Shown here piece by piece: positions 24,884 to 38,345 of a stretch of DNA of 64,000 nucleotides. A model generated the notes under the pieces. That model did not search any database. It saw nothing but the letters and a program-made list of their open reading frames with translations, and was not told the DNA's origin. The stretch covers positions 1,952,987 to 2,016,986 of the forward strand of contig NW_002060943.1 in the NCBI RefSeq assembly GCF_000150275.1, given 5' to 3'. This DNA is from Trichoplax adhaerens. Taxonomy: Eukaryota; Animalia; Placozoa. The position numbers and the translations under genes are program-made. Within the stretch, counting starts at the first letter, position 1. Every line of letters starts with the position of its first letter.

Positions 24884-26395
24884 GATAATAAATTCGAGGA
24901 GGAATCATTTTAAATGAAGACAGAACAATATCTGTCAATACGATCAATCGACTAGCAATAATATTTTACCTAATTTATAATAAATTAAGATCGTAAATTA
25001 ATTGTATATTTATGGAATAGACTAAAAGAATCATGACTGCTATCTATTAAATCATCGCTACTTGTATAATGCATTATCTATTAGATCCAAAATAAAATTC
25101 TCCTAATGTCGGAAAATGTGTAACTGAAAATATATTTGTATTCTTTATTAAGTTAAAACTGATATAACTCATGAAATTGACTATATGCTGTGATTCTATT
25201 CCATTGATATTCCTCACATGCACATTTTTAAAAAGTACTCACTAAATTTAGGGATTGAATGCTATCACTATTATTATAAAGAAATACCTTATGTACTGAA
25301 ACATAAACTTTATAAGTGCGATATAGCACTTGAAACCTTTTGCTTATGTTGCCTAATTTTGAAGTAATGAGAATTAAGCAAATAACGATATGTGTATGAT
25401 TGCTATACCAACGCAATTGCAATTGCTATTGCTAGTTATGCTATAATAAAACAATAATCAAACTGTATTAGAAGAATACTATGACATAGGCCGGTAATAA
25501 TTTCTCAAGAAAACTGTCATCTCTACGCAGCTAAGAACTGGAAATGTAGTCCAATGTCTACATATACTTTCCTTCATATCTTAGTAGAAATTACAATAAA
25601 ATAACATTCCCTATGCACCCTTTAAAAGAGGCTCAATTTTAAAATGATGAGAATAGGATTTGTTAAATCGCGATTTCGCTCGGATTTCATAGTTTTAAAT
25701 ATGGTTAAATTACGTCTTCTTACAGCAGTATTCCAACTTTCTATATAATAATTTTCAGTAAGTAATCCTAATTCTCGGTGATTTATCTATGAATTCATTT
25801 CATTTCAATAAATCAATAATGCATAATTAAAATCAAACTGAATCGAACAGAATTGTCCATGATGAAAACTAACCGATTAAATCAGGAATGCTACCATAGT
25901 GTAAATTCAATTGATTGGAATTATTGATTATAGTCTTACTCTATCAGAGTTGAGATGTTACTGGCTTCAACGAGTTAATCAAGCATCTCAGCAGGGGAAC
26001 CTCCAAAATATTAAAAGACAAGGAAGACTTATACAGTAGACATTAGACAATCAACAGGTTCTGAGTTTATTAGCATAATAAAGGCCAATCTAAATACAGT
26101 TCGTCTTTAATGTAACCATAATTTTGTTCAACTTAATACAGTACTAATATCAGGATTATTTGCCCTTAGGCTGTTCATTTATCATTTATATTTGTCTATA
26201 TAGTAAAAGCCAATTTCATTCACGATCAGTTTATAAGTCAATCTAAGTAAGATAAAGGCCCAATCATCATTGTATGAGAAAGTATTTTCTCATCGAAAGA
26301 TCAAAAAAATCAACACCGTCCACTTTTCTATATTTGAAAAAAATTAGATAAATCGTTTTAACCACCGCTATTCCTGATCTAAGTTTTATAATATT

Positions 26396-28105
26396 ATGAA
26401 TTTATTTATCCTTGCGGTTCTATTTTGCAGTGCTACTGCCGCCGTCGTCCATGGTGATGAATTTGATGATGATGATGACTTCTCCTTTAGAGAAGAAAGC
26501 CTACATCCTCCTATCTACCAATCTGACTATAAAATAGTTGGTGTTCGAATAACGCCAACAAATTATGGCGGCATTAAGAAACCTTTTACACTGTGGTTGT
26601 CATCACGACGAGGAAAAAGTCGAACTGACTACTATCATGGTGTAAGTACAACTATTATTCGAAGAGACGATGGCCCGTTTGGTAGTGCTTATAAAATTAT
26701 GCCAATCACAACTGAAACTCAATATAATGTAAAGTCTTGTGTCGCTATTCATGGCCGACCTCGTCACCCTTACCGGCCCCAGACGGCGATTCCATCACTG
26801 GTTAATATTTTTCGTAAAAGCGGAGAAATTCAATGCGGTAATGAAAAATGCAACATTTGGTCATTTAGTTATAAAATGTTGGGTCGAATTTATCTTTACG
26901 ACTATTATGTAACACAAGGTCCTCATCCAAAACCAGTTCGTTTTCGAAAACGTTGTTATGATATTCTCTTACATCGGTATTATTCCTACTATACTATAGA
27001 GATTAAGTCATTTCAGTTAGGAACAATCCCAGATTCAATATTTGATTTAAATGGTACACATTGTGGTGGTTTTCCTAAACATCAATTACAATTATTTGAT
27101 GCGGACATAGAAGACTTTCCATTGCAAACACAACCCAGTTTATCCGAATTATACAATGATCCAAGTGGTAATTTATTTAGTCAATTTATACTACAACATA
27201 ACAAGAAATACCATAGTTGGTTTGAAAGGCGTCATCGTGAAATTAACTTTCTTAATAATGTCCAATACATTAACGATGTTAACCAACAAGGGAAAAGCTA
27301 CACCTTGGCTATTAATCCTATGGCAGATATGACTGAGAAAGAATTAACTAATATGAGAGGACGTTTAAGGCGATTTTATCATGCTACAAAGAATTATATA
27401 CCTTGGAAATATGATCCACACGAAAAACCACTAGAAAGTATCGATTGGAGAAAGAAAGGCGCTGTAACTCCCATTAAATATCAAGCTCACTGTGGTTCCT
27501 GTTTTGCTTTTAGTGCAGTAACACCAATTGAAAGTGCTCTCTTTCGCCAAACCGGTCGATTAATACCATTATCCGAGCAGAGTATTATCGATTGCTCATG
27601 GGGATATGGTAACTATGCATGTAATGGCGGTATGGAATATGCTGCCTATCAATTCGTAACCAAACATGGCATTCCATCGGCTAAATGCTATGGTCCTTAT
27701 TTGGCATCGCCAGGTTATTGCCATCTTTTAAATTGTACTCATCGAGTTCGGTTAGACGGCTATTCTATAGTCTTGCCATCAGGTAACGTCTCTGCAGTTC
27801 GGTTAGCCGTTTCAAAAATTGGCCCAATATCCATCGCTTTTAATGTTCATTCACTTTCTTTCCACTTCTATTCATCGGGCATTTTTGAAGATCCAACTTG
27901 CTACAATGATATACATCATATTAATCATGCCCTTAATTTAGTTGGATATGGTAAATTAGGTAATGAACATTATTGGATAATAAGAAACTCATGGTCAGAA
28001 CACTGGGGAGAAAATGGCTATATGAGAATGAAATCGACAAATGCTAATGAATGTGCAGTAGCTACATTTGCTACATTCCCTGTCTTGAAAAAAGATGGTA
28101 TTTAG
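26396..28105 (+). CDS. 26/29-kDa-type cathepsin L-like protease paralog 3, 569 aa, intronless
   Basis: Signal peptide MNLFILAVLFCSATAA, ERFNIN, QAHCGSCFAFS, INHAL, RNSWSEHWG. Confidence 0.92.
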   Translation: MNLFILAVLFCSATAAVVHGDEFDDDDDFSFREESLHPPIYQSDYKIVGVRITPTNYGGIKKPFTLWLSSRRGKSRTDYYHGVSTTIIRRDDGPFGSAYKIMPITTETQYNVKSCVAIHGRPRHPYRPQTAIPSLVNIFRKSGEIQCGNEKCNIWSFSYKMLGRIYLYDYYVTQGPHPKPVRFRKRCYDILLHRYYSYYTIEIKSFQLGTIPDSIFDLNGTHCGGFPKHQLQLFDADIEDFPLQTQPSLSELYNDPSGNLFSQFILQHNKKYHSWFERRHREINFLNNVQYINDVNQQGKSYTLAINPMADMTEKELTNMRGRLRRFYHATKNYIPWKYDPHEKPLESIDWRKKGAVTPIKYQAHCGSCFAFSAVTPIESALFRQTGRLIPLSEQSIIDCSWGYGNYACNGGMEYAAYQFVTKHGIPSAKCYGPYLASPGYCHLLNCTHRVRLDGYSIVLPSGNVSAVRLAVSKIGPISIAFNVHSLSFHFYSSGIFEDPTCYNDIHHINHALNLVGYGKLGNEHYWIIRNSWSEHWGENGYMRMKSTNANECAVATFATFPVLKKDGI

Positions 28106-29754
28106 AAAGTAGATAAAAATATGAAATCTTTTCTGCTTATTACGGTTAATTAGTTAAGATCGCAAACTTTGTTGTACTATAATTGCTTTTACGTGAGATA
28201 GAAGAGTTGACAAAAACGTTGGCAACTAAGAATTTGTTGTACATCTATTTATTTGTAACATTAGTATTTTAGATCAATGGGGCAAATATTGATGTACATT
28301 TTTGAATTAGTCATTCTCAACTTTGAATAACTTTTCTTCAACATAACTTTATCGATAGACTAACTACACATAGAGTATTCGAATGATTCTATCATGAAAA
28401 TATTCTTTAGCATCAATTTATTCTTAAAATACAACTTCGGTTATCTTGATCATACTCCGATGACTAGCTAATGGGATACTCAAAGTTGTGCGATATTGCT
28501 TTCATCTCTCGAAATGATGGCCATCGTTTGTAAAACGCGGCTATTAAGTTTAATCACTAACATTAACCTCGATTGTATTATTAATACTAAGACTTACCTG
28601 TGTCTTGCGATCTATTCCTATTCGTATGTTAGACTGCAAGCATGAATAAGTTAAATACTCTCTCTATATATATTATAATATGACGCATACCATCGTTTAC
28701 GGCGCTATGTGTAGCATTTTTAATCATTTCTATGAATCTTTGATATGCACAAATGTTATAATTTCGGCTCTTGAGAGAACTACAGCATTACAATTTCATT
28801 TTAAGATGTTGAATTAGATTTGCTTATGGCCAAAGAGCTAATACTATTATCGCGTAAGAGAACTAATATGTTACTCGCGTTTGTATGTTATATGAAGTTG
28901 AACACTAAATAGGCTTTTTTAAATGTAGCTTTCGACCAGAAAATGATTCTTTCCAATAGACGAATCAAAAAATCTTTGAAGAAATATTTGATAATTATAA
29001 TACAAGTCTTCTGTATTTACTTGTCTTACTATTTTATTTCACTTCCGCTGTATCTGTGTAGCACCATCAATAAGTGCTATCTTGCGTATATATACACCGT
29101 AAGATCATAAATTGATCCAATATATTACATTGTACTCTAAAATGATTCATAATAACGGATTCCAAGTTTTCAAATCTATAAAATCGCTTATATAAACGAT
29201 GTACATTTCTCAAGCGTTAAAAAAAATCAATAAAATCGAGTCTGAGTACAAATTCAAATAATTTTTAGCCATATCTTTAGCGATTTAAAGGTCAATATAT
29301 ATCATTGCCTTCATGTACTCTAATTACAAATATAACTGCTTATTCCTTATCTCTGTGGAGTAAGATTAACATTGATTTACAAATTAATATAAAATTAATT
29401 AGCAATATAACTGTTATAGGTAGCATTTAAAAGTTCATTTTTATATTTACAAGAACCAAGATAGAACAAAGATGTAGGGTATTTTTAATTCTCCATTTGT
29501 CATATACAGTAATAGACAATGTACTATCTTGATAAGAAATTATACATTCGATCAAAATTCTTAATTATCTGATAGATACCTATCATTTAGTAACCAATTG
29601 ATGAGCCATTGCATTACATACATATAAATAGTATCATTCACGATACTTGATATTTGAGAAAATGCTCATCTTAAAGTTTCATGCCAATGAATGTAATCTT
29701 CATCACTGCTGCAATATAACTAGACATTGATCGATTTGACTGGAACGAAGAGAC

Positions 29755-32700
29755 CTATATTCGTGCAAAGATCTGACTTTCCGAATGCTGAAAAATAAAT
29801 TTCAACAGTGTGGATAATAAAGAGACCAAGTGTGACAGTTGCCAACTTTCCATGTAGGCCATGGTAGTAGTTATCAGCCGTACTAAAAATTATCAAAACG
29901 GTAAAAAAGTCCTATAGCTTAACAAGTGAAATATTCAATGAAAGATATAATCTCACAGTTATAATTTACCTCTTTCGACAAGAGATGAGAAATTATCCAT
30001 CACAGTTTTTTGGTATAAAACTGATAGATTTCTCGATAATCTTCTTGAAACTCTTCTGGGCAAATTCTTTGTCATCGTTAACAATCCTGTACTATCACTG
30101 CAGTTATTCATTATAGCGCCAATCCTATTGTGATAACGTATAAATAATTGATATTAGATATGAAGAGTTACATGATGTTGTATTATATGTTGTATTATAT
30201 TTGTATTATCGTCATATTGCAAATAGAAAAGAAGCCCCTAAGCCTGAACTAGTATTGTAACGTTGAATAATTTACAATATAATAAAGCCGACTTACTGCA
30301 ATTTAAAGAATAATTTCGAGTTGATTGATGAAACATAACCGCCCAATTCGTAATAAATACTACGGCAGGTATCGCTCAATTTGGCTTGGGCAATTGGAAT
30401 ATCATTTAATAACCTAATTTATAAAGTGATGCAAACAGTAAAACTTATAAAATTGTTATTACAGAAAGGGTTCGTTACTGATTATCTTTTATCAAATATG
30501 ACTAGAAGTCAGTTAATACAATGCTGCAAACCTGAATGCGAGAGACACCAAAGCGTCATAAGCAATTGAATACGGAGTTAATATTATAGAAGACAAATAA
30601 TGTAACGTCGGGGTAGAAGATGGTTCGGTGCATGCCATATGAAGAGCTAAATAGACAAATGATTAAAACCATTTAAACTATTAATACATTATAACTGTAA
30701 ATCGACGTAGTAGTAGTTCATTACCTTCTTTCATTCCGAAAGGTAAATGTATCCCGCCAGTCTCGTATAGTTGAAATATTACGTTACTCTGGGCTACAGC
30801 TTCTTCATAATTAGAACTTACATCGGAACAAGTGGAAAATTCATCTTCATTTAGATCCTGACTGTTTCCACTACCTTTATCTTCTTTCTCTAAATTGGGT
30901 ATATTTATTTCGTTCATTTCCCAGTTTTCATCAATATCCTGTTCATGATCAACCTCGGCCACGCTCGTTATGCTGTTGTGTAGCGCTGTGTGCAATGGAT
31001 TAAGTATTATGTTAATTCCAACAGTTATTCGCTTATATATATACAATGTGTAATGAAATCAATCTTAAAACTGTATATCACATCACTTAAGCTAGCTATT
31101 CAATGTTGATACTTACAATAGCCAGCCATCTTATTTTGTAAAAATCGTAGTGCATCAAGATATCCCTGTTGACACATGGATCTGAGAACACGTGGTTCAG
31201 GAGGAAATAAAGCACGAGATAGACGATATATATTTGATAGAGAAACTTGGATGTTGGTGTTATTACAACAAAATTGATGAAAACTCATCGAGTTATCGTT
31301 GGGACAAATATCAGATTCTCCATAAAAGGGTGATACTAAAATGGTGTTTTGACCAAATGGTTGTGGTTGATTATCACTGAAACCACCATCAATGTAATGC
31401 TGTAAAGAAGAATGATCCATCATTAATCTAGACAAGACTACTATATCAATGGGTACTGAGGGAAGATTGAGAAAAATAGCTTAAATCAATATGCATGTGC
31501 GTATTATTAATAAAACTTATTAATATACAGTAGATATTCTTTTAACTGCGTTTTACGCGTATGCTGTCTTTTACCTCTCCGCGATAAATGATCGGTGTCA
31601 TTCCAGACCAAATTGGAACAAAGCTACTGGTGCATAACGCCTAGAAATGATGTAACAGAATCTATTAGAAATCTTTCATTTTCCAAAGTACTGTAGAATA
31701 GGTAGGTATGTTATAGATTACATGTAACAAAGAGCAACTATATGCATTTCATGTTGAGGAATGACTATCAAAAAATGCGTATCCATCGGGTTTGATTAAA
31801 AAAATATTCATTGTTTTTTAGCTACATAAATTATTCATTTATCCTACTTATTTTCCTTCTTCAGGAAGAAACTGTTATAAAATATTGAATAGATGGTATC
31901 GCATTTTAAAAAGTTTGTAAGGAATAAGGAATTCAATGATGCAACATATGTATTATTTCAATTTAAAAATTGTCACAGTAGAAATGAAAAGGGTCGCATA
32001 ATACGCGAGATTATAATATGACACATTAGTCTAAATAATAGGGTTAATCCGATAGCTGTCGGTGCCATTAGAATGAGGTCAACACTGTCAACTTTGAAAC
32101 TTCTAGAAAATTTTTAATGTCGTTTCTAGTAACTTATTAATTAATTATAGGAGTAAAATAAAAAATTTTCTGGGTGGCATTTTACCGTCGACAGGAAGAG
32201 ACATACCCGCCTAGTATGTCTGTAACCTATACAGCGTTTGAATCAACCCAAAACACTATAAGCATTTCTATCGATCTAGTGAGAAATGAGTAAGGTCACT
32301 CGGTGGATTTAATCGATTTAGAATATGGAGAAAACGGTCATAACGTGAGTTTAAATCATCTCTCGATGAAGATTATTGATTATTGCTTCATCTTGCTTCT
32401 GAATCATCTCCATTTCAGAGTTTATGTAGTGTATAAGCAGGCTATGATAGCGATCGATGACTGTTTAATACAAGAGATCTTGCCTATACTGTTTCCTATA
32501 TTCCAACTAAATCAACGGCGATGATTCGTAACGGATACGTAAACAAAGAATCAAAATAAACGCCTGATGGCGCACTAGTAACAAAAAAACTCGTCGTATA
32601 TACTAGCAGAAAATTTCAATATTTTAAAAGTTTAGGCTCAAAGTATAATCATGACTATTTTATTGCAAACAGCGATTACTGAATATCTCTATAATGGAAT

Positions 32701-33239
32701 GGAGAATTTAACTCATTTTGTTACAGGATAATGCTACGAGATTAACCATCAATGCATGGGAATTTTTTTTATTTAGCATGACAGGCAATCGATGCGGTTG
32801 AGTTGCTGTAAGTGCAAGAATCTTTTTACCGTTGGCTTACCTCTATGAGATCATTTTTACTATGAAATTCCGATATCATGACATTTTGCATATCAGACAA
32901 ACGTGTCAAGGATATAAATAAACGGCCAGAAACAATTTCATGAACGTTGTCAGGAGCGAAACTGGCTAACAATGCGGATAATGTCTTGGTAATGTTAAAC
33001 TTGGGATTATAGGGTCCTAAGGATGATGAACGAATACTTTTCACCACTTTCATCATCTCATTGGTAATTAATCCTAGAGGACAATCCACAAGTAAAACAA
33101 GGCCTGATAAAGCGCCAGCACTAGCACCACTAACAGAACGGAGGCTGTTCACAAATTGTGGTGCATGTTCCTTTAAACATGATACCACGCCAAGATGATA
33201 AAGACCTAAAAAACCACAACCCGCTAGAGAAAGATTCAT
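29755..33239 (-). CDS. PNPLA2: Patatin-like phospholipase/triglyceride lipase (PNPLA2/ATGL-like), about 8 exons
   Basis: [12 protein letters not shown] oxyanion loop, GASAG nucleophile, YIDGGFSDN catalytic Asp. Exons traced at GT-AG: 33239-32841, 31640-31575, 31399-31117, 30985-30725, 30646-30532, 30413-30297, 30097-29970, 29882-29755. The last two are less certain, and the symbol denotes family likeness, not proven orthology. Confidence 0.88.
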
Positions 33240-33941
33240 GGTCGATTGTTGAGTAGCGCATTGACGAGTTAATCCTTTTCAATTGATCCTGCTTGTCTCT
33301 GTACGAGTAACCAACTCCTGATTTCTAGTTTGTTCTTGCAGCAAGATAATGCAGAGTTCAGAGATGGACTAGAATTCTACGGGTATATGTACTTGATCGA
33401 CTAAAAGATGGAGCTCAAGGATGGCCTCGATGATCCAATCTACTGGTTGGCGCAATGATAGCAATAAATTTAAACTTAATGTAGTACGGTAATGATCTTC
33501 CTCTCCCAACTCTATAAATTGGTCAAAGTAATAGTAGAGTATTTTTGCACTTAAAGAATGGTGTAGATTCTCTCGATCCAAGTCTACAACGTCCAATCGA
33601 CAAGGATAAAGCAATAAAAACCAATGATCAAGGTATAAAATGTAAATGATGAATTGGATTTCGATCAAGAAGTGAATAGAAATTCTATGGAGGATAAAGC
33701 AAGCGCGAGCACGTTGTATTCTTTTTTTGTTAGATAATAAGTTGATAACGACTCAAGGAGTAGATAGCGATGATCAAAAACAGTAGAGTAAACAAACCAA
33801 CCTAAAAATAAACGTTGCCATAGTCAAGGGTCCAATGTCATGGAGCGTGAAATAGGCTTGAGTATAGCGGATAAAGAGCAATCGAGTTTTGCCTCGATTG
33901 GACTTATTTATGGACATCTTGCAATCAGGCCATCGCCTGCA

Positions 33942-33949
33942 TCACGTGA
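33942..33949. promoter_or_regulatory. Palindromic E-box TCACGTGA (CLEAR-type core) upstream of the PNPLA2-like gene
   Basis: Exact TCACGTGA in a GC-richer island ~700 bp upstream of the ATG. A TATA-like CATAAATA lies on the minus strand at ~33905-33912 and a TACAG-rich patch at ~34120-34150. Confidence 0.45.
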
Positions 33950-36900
33950 GTAACGCGATCGATCGACAAAACAATACAATAGGAGGTGATTTGGTGGGTG
34001 GTGCCAGGGGTGGACGGGAGGCTAACAACAGACAATGGGTATCGACTGAGTAGTGCAGTTTGTATAGGCTTAGCGACTCGTTCGCGTTATTACACTGTGA
34101 TGGTTGTCCTATTGTCCTGTTTACAGTACTGTGTACTGTGCACTGTAGGCTATTTCGGGGGTGGTGCCATGGGTGGGGAAAGAATGTGTCGAGTCAGGCA
34201 GGCATGGCCTACTCGTAGCCGGTGGTCATCCATGATTGAGATTCGTCGACAACTGCTATACTGAGTATTGTACATAATGGACTGAATGCGACATAAGTTA
34301 TAGCGCTTTTTTGACAGCTGGCTAACGCATACTCTACCAGATATATAGCCAACATAAACGATCGGAGACTCGTTTGCGTACTTAACCCTTACAATTGCAT
34401 CCATTTGAGACAAGTTCACAAATGAAATTTCTTCTTCATTTCATCAACTAGACGCTCAACATGGTCTAAATTCGACATTTCTAGGCATATTATGTCTTAC
34501 TTTGAGTAATCCTTGATGGATACTGTACTGTAGTGCTAGCATGCGGCAAGCTATTGCATCGTTGCACTCAATCCAAGCGATATATCTCTATGTAAACTAG
34601 ATATCCATCGCAGCAAGCGGTCCATGAACTCGCTATCAAGCTGTTGATGGATTAAAACAACAACAAATCTTTCTTGCTAGACAGAAAGGACTCAACTAGA
34701 CGCAATCATAGGCTATCCACTCTTTCTAGTATGCATTGATTATTCTGAAAATATCATACGATAATACAAGTCAAATGGATCATTGCAATAGACGAGGTTG
34801 ATTACAATATGAACGCAGAATAAACAAACATCCACGCATTCGCTACCACGGAATGTAGAATCGGGAAAGGTTCAGGGTCATAACAAAGACTGAAGGCAAC
34901 AAGAAATGCGCTGTCCAGCCCAACACCAACTCCAAGCGAGGAGGATGATTGATTGAGTGACAGGGGTAACTTTACGACCAATTCTCACTACAAAGAACTT
35001 TCACACGCTAATCTTGCCATGCTATTGTACGACTAGCTTTTAAATGGGAAATTCATCAATTGCCCATTTCAACATCGATACCTTACCCTTTGATCCGACA
35101 TCATCATTGATTGGATTATTCAACGATTACAATAGCGTTTAAACAACTAATTGACACTAGACTATAAGCACTGAAGCTGGAAAGAGTATTCATAATATCC
35201 ATTAGCATGGTTTATTGGAGACTTTCGAACCCCGTAGGTCATATAATTCTTGGCCATATGGAGCAAAATATTGCTTGATACAATAGTCCATTTTAGTTGT
35301 AGAATCATCATAATGTCAGCAGTGAACATCATTGTAATCTGTTATTAAACAAGAAGCGGTCATGAGTTAAAAAAAATTATCTTAGTGTTGCCGGTTATGC
35401 TGAGGGAAAATGTTTATTCATTCAACTCGGTCCCTTATGAAAATATAGGACTAGACGATCATTCCCTTGTATTCTAAATCGATCGACTCTAGTATACAGC
35501 AACATACGTAACATCCAACTTAATCATCGATTGGATATCTTTCTATGACCTTCGTGACAATCCCATCAAGTCAATAAAAAAGACTTCATAATAGTTCAAT
35601 GAATTTTGTAAATGAGTAGCAGTATTTTACAGGCCCATAATGTAATTTACGCACGGTAATGTTAATTATATATATAAATTAATAGCATACCGTATACATT
35701 GAGTTGAATACCATTATTTATGCTACATGTATTAACAGTACGTCTAAAGATTCTACGTACTTCATTTGCATCGATTTAGAACATGAAATACCATTATGGT
35801 TTGTAAAGTAATTTAGAAATGTTAGCCATACTCAGTACAGTAGTAGCCTACTGTACGCGTAGACTCGTACTTTAATTCATTCATTCGATATTCTTGGCGA
35901 TACAGAGCGAACATACGTCTACTTCACCAATATTGATTATATTTAAATAAATAATAGTTGTAGCAAATCATGCTAATATATGCTTAATTTTATATTACAA
36001 TATCCGAAATTCTATCTTGACCTACAAGTTAAACCAGAAATATCAAAGATACAAATAGAATCGTTTATATTCTACATCGAACCTAGTAGATAGATGTACA
36101 TATATATATACTCTATATAGTAAGTTATATTTGCATACACCTACGTTTATCTTACTATAAACAATAAATGTTACCCTGATCCATAAGCTTTCTGAAAATA
36201 TCCGGTATGCGAATCAATACGACATCATACAATTCAATTTTAAATAACATCAAAAATACAGTTGTGATCATACGTCTACGCGTATCTATGAGTTGACATA
36301 CGAGAAGAACATAAATTATACCCGCTCATACCGATGGTGATTTTATCTCACTATCAATGTTTGGATCCCATTCCCACCAATAAAGCATTCTACAGATATC
36401 AAACATCCTCGTAAGTCGATAACATATTAGGCAGTTAGTATTGTTAATCCTATTCGAGAGGTAATTGTGATCACACGTCGATACCAGCGCGTGTACCGAA
36501 GTCTCATACACCTCATTTTAATTCCATTCTCACTCATTAGGTGATCTACCGTACAAGCATCAGCTAAATTATTAGTGATACAGAAATAGCCATATATCTA
36601 CGTCAATGATTACTTTTGTATCGCAAATTGTACCCTTTCATAATGAATTGAATCTAACTAGTAAACATTAAGTGTTTAATTCCATCCTGCTCCATAAGGT
36701 AGTCAGGAATATCAATATACAAATCAATAATACTACACAAACTTAGATTGAATGCTATTGGAGATAATTCTAACCATACGTCTAGTCTATACACGCATGT
36801 ATGTATATATATATGCAATACATACAGCGAATTATGTCTTGTTTATACCTAATTTTAACCTTAATATCAACATTAAATTCCTCCATGGTCCATCTGGAAA

Positions 36901-38345
36901 TATCAAGTACACAAATTAGAAGCGTCCTATGCTTAATATTATTCGTTGTTATACGTCTAGACAAGTATATGCATACAGTATATAAGTGATATGTTAGTAC
37001 CTAATCTGATTTAACCGCCCATATCAAAGTTTAATCACAATCAAGAAGGTCATGTGGAAATGGCAATAACATGATATAATGCATACCTTATTTGTTATAT
37101 AGAAAATATAAGTATACAGTGTTTGAATAAAGTGGTATTGGCTGATTACGCTCGTAATGAATGATACTGCCTTATTAATGAGTACAGAAAATTCGGTATA
37201 TACAGTAGTAGAAATGGATTATAATGTCACTGTAGGTGTATATATATATATAACAGGACCAGCAACCGGTATAAGAATAATTCTACCTATTACTGCAGTT
37301 ATGTCAACCTCAGCATATGTTGTTTGAGTTTAAAAGTGAAATAGCAGATGTTCGAAAACACCCCAATGTCATACACATTAATTTATTTGTCCTATGCTTT
37401 AGCTGATGTAGAAATGAATGAATAAGAATTACGCCATACAAGATCTAGCACGATAAATAGCAGCCATGACTAAATACGTAATTCAATATTCATTAAATAG
37501 GGCTGTTGACAAGATAAATGATAAAGCAGTTTTTAAATAAAAAATAAAATCAATATGGTATATCGCGCATCCATTAATGATAAAGCCCACACGCCTACCT
37601 CATTAAGTGATTCGATTAACCATAACAAGAAAGAAAATAAACACTACTGACATCATTTGAGGACATTTTGTGGCTATTGCCTGATGATGATTATTTATCA
37701 AAGAAATCAGTCTAATATAAATCGCTCTATTACAATAGTAGAATCGGCTGATTTGCATCTGTCCGGATCAATTAATTAAATAAAAAATCTTTACCTTTTT
37801 TGTTTTATCTATACGAGAAAAGAAATTTACAAATAACAATTGCATCGCATAACTAATAAATATTACTAACATTAGAGCCAGTGAGTTTAGTAAACTAATT
37901 AACCATCGGTTTTGCGCCTATTACACATAAATAAAATTATAATTTCAAGCATTATTCAAACTGCCAGTTCTAGAAGCAACATACAGTTTAGTGTCGACAA
38001 TAAATTAAGTAAACAGAGTTCGAAGAAATAATATACGGAATGATTTAAGTAATTTCTGATTCATTTACAGGATACATTATCTATAAGTACATCAAGGAAA
38101 TAACAAAATCCCCTAAATGTTAAATATTAAGTTTTCTATCATTCGTACTATTTGCTGAATGATTAATCGTAAGGTGTGTCTGCTTATAACGGTATGTTAA
38201 AAAATTAGGTCAGATTTAACATCCAATGCATTTAGTCTAAAATGATCGTAAGCCTGTCCTATCAACTCATTATAGCCAAATATCGTCTTAGCTTACAAAA
38301 AAATTCTATACTATTGCTATAATACACGTAGCAATGCAACAAATT

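Noticed and set aside
33814-33827. GTTGCCATAGTCAA as an X-box near the PNPLA2-like gene
   Set aside because: Only one good half-site, and no ciliary gene is adjacent.
34400-38300. Possible hidden gene between the PNPLA2-like and AGBL-like genes
   Set aside because: Only short ORFs without recognisable motifs or a consistent exon chain; a non-coding transcript cannot be excluded.
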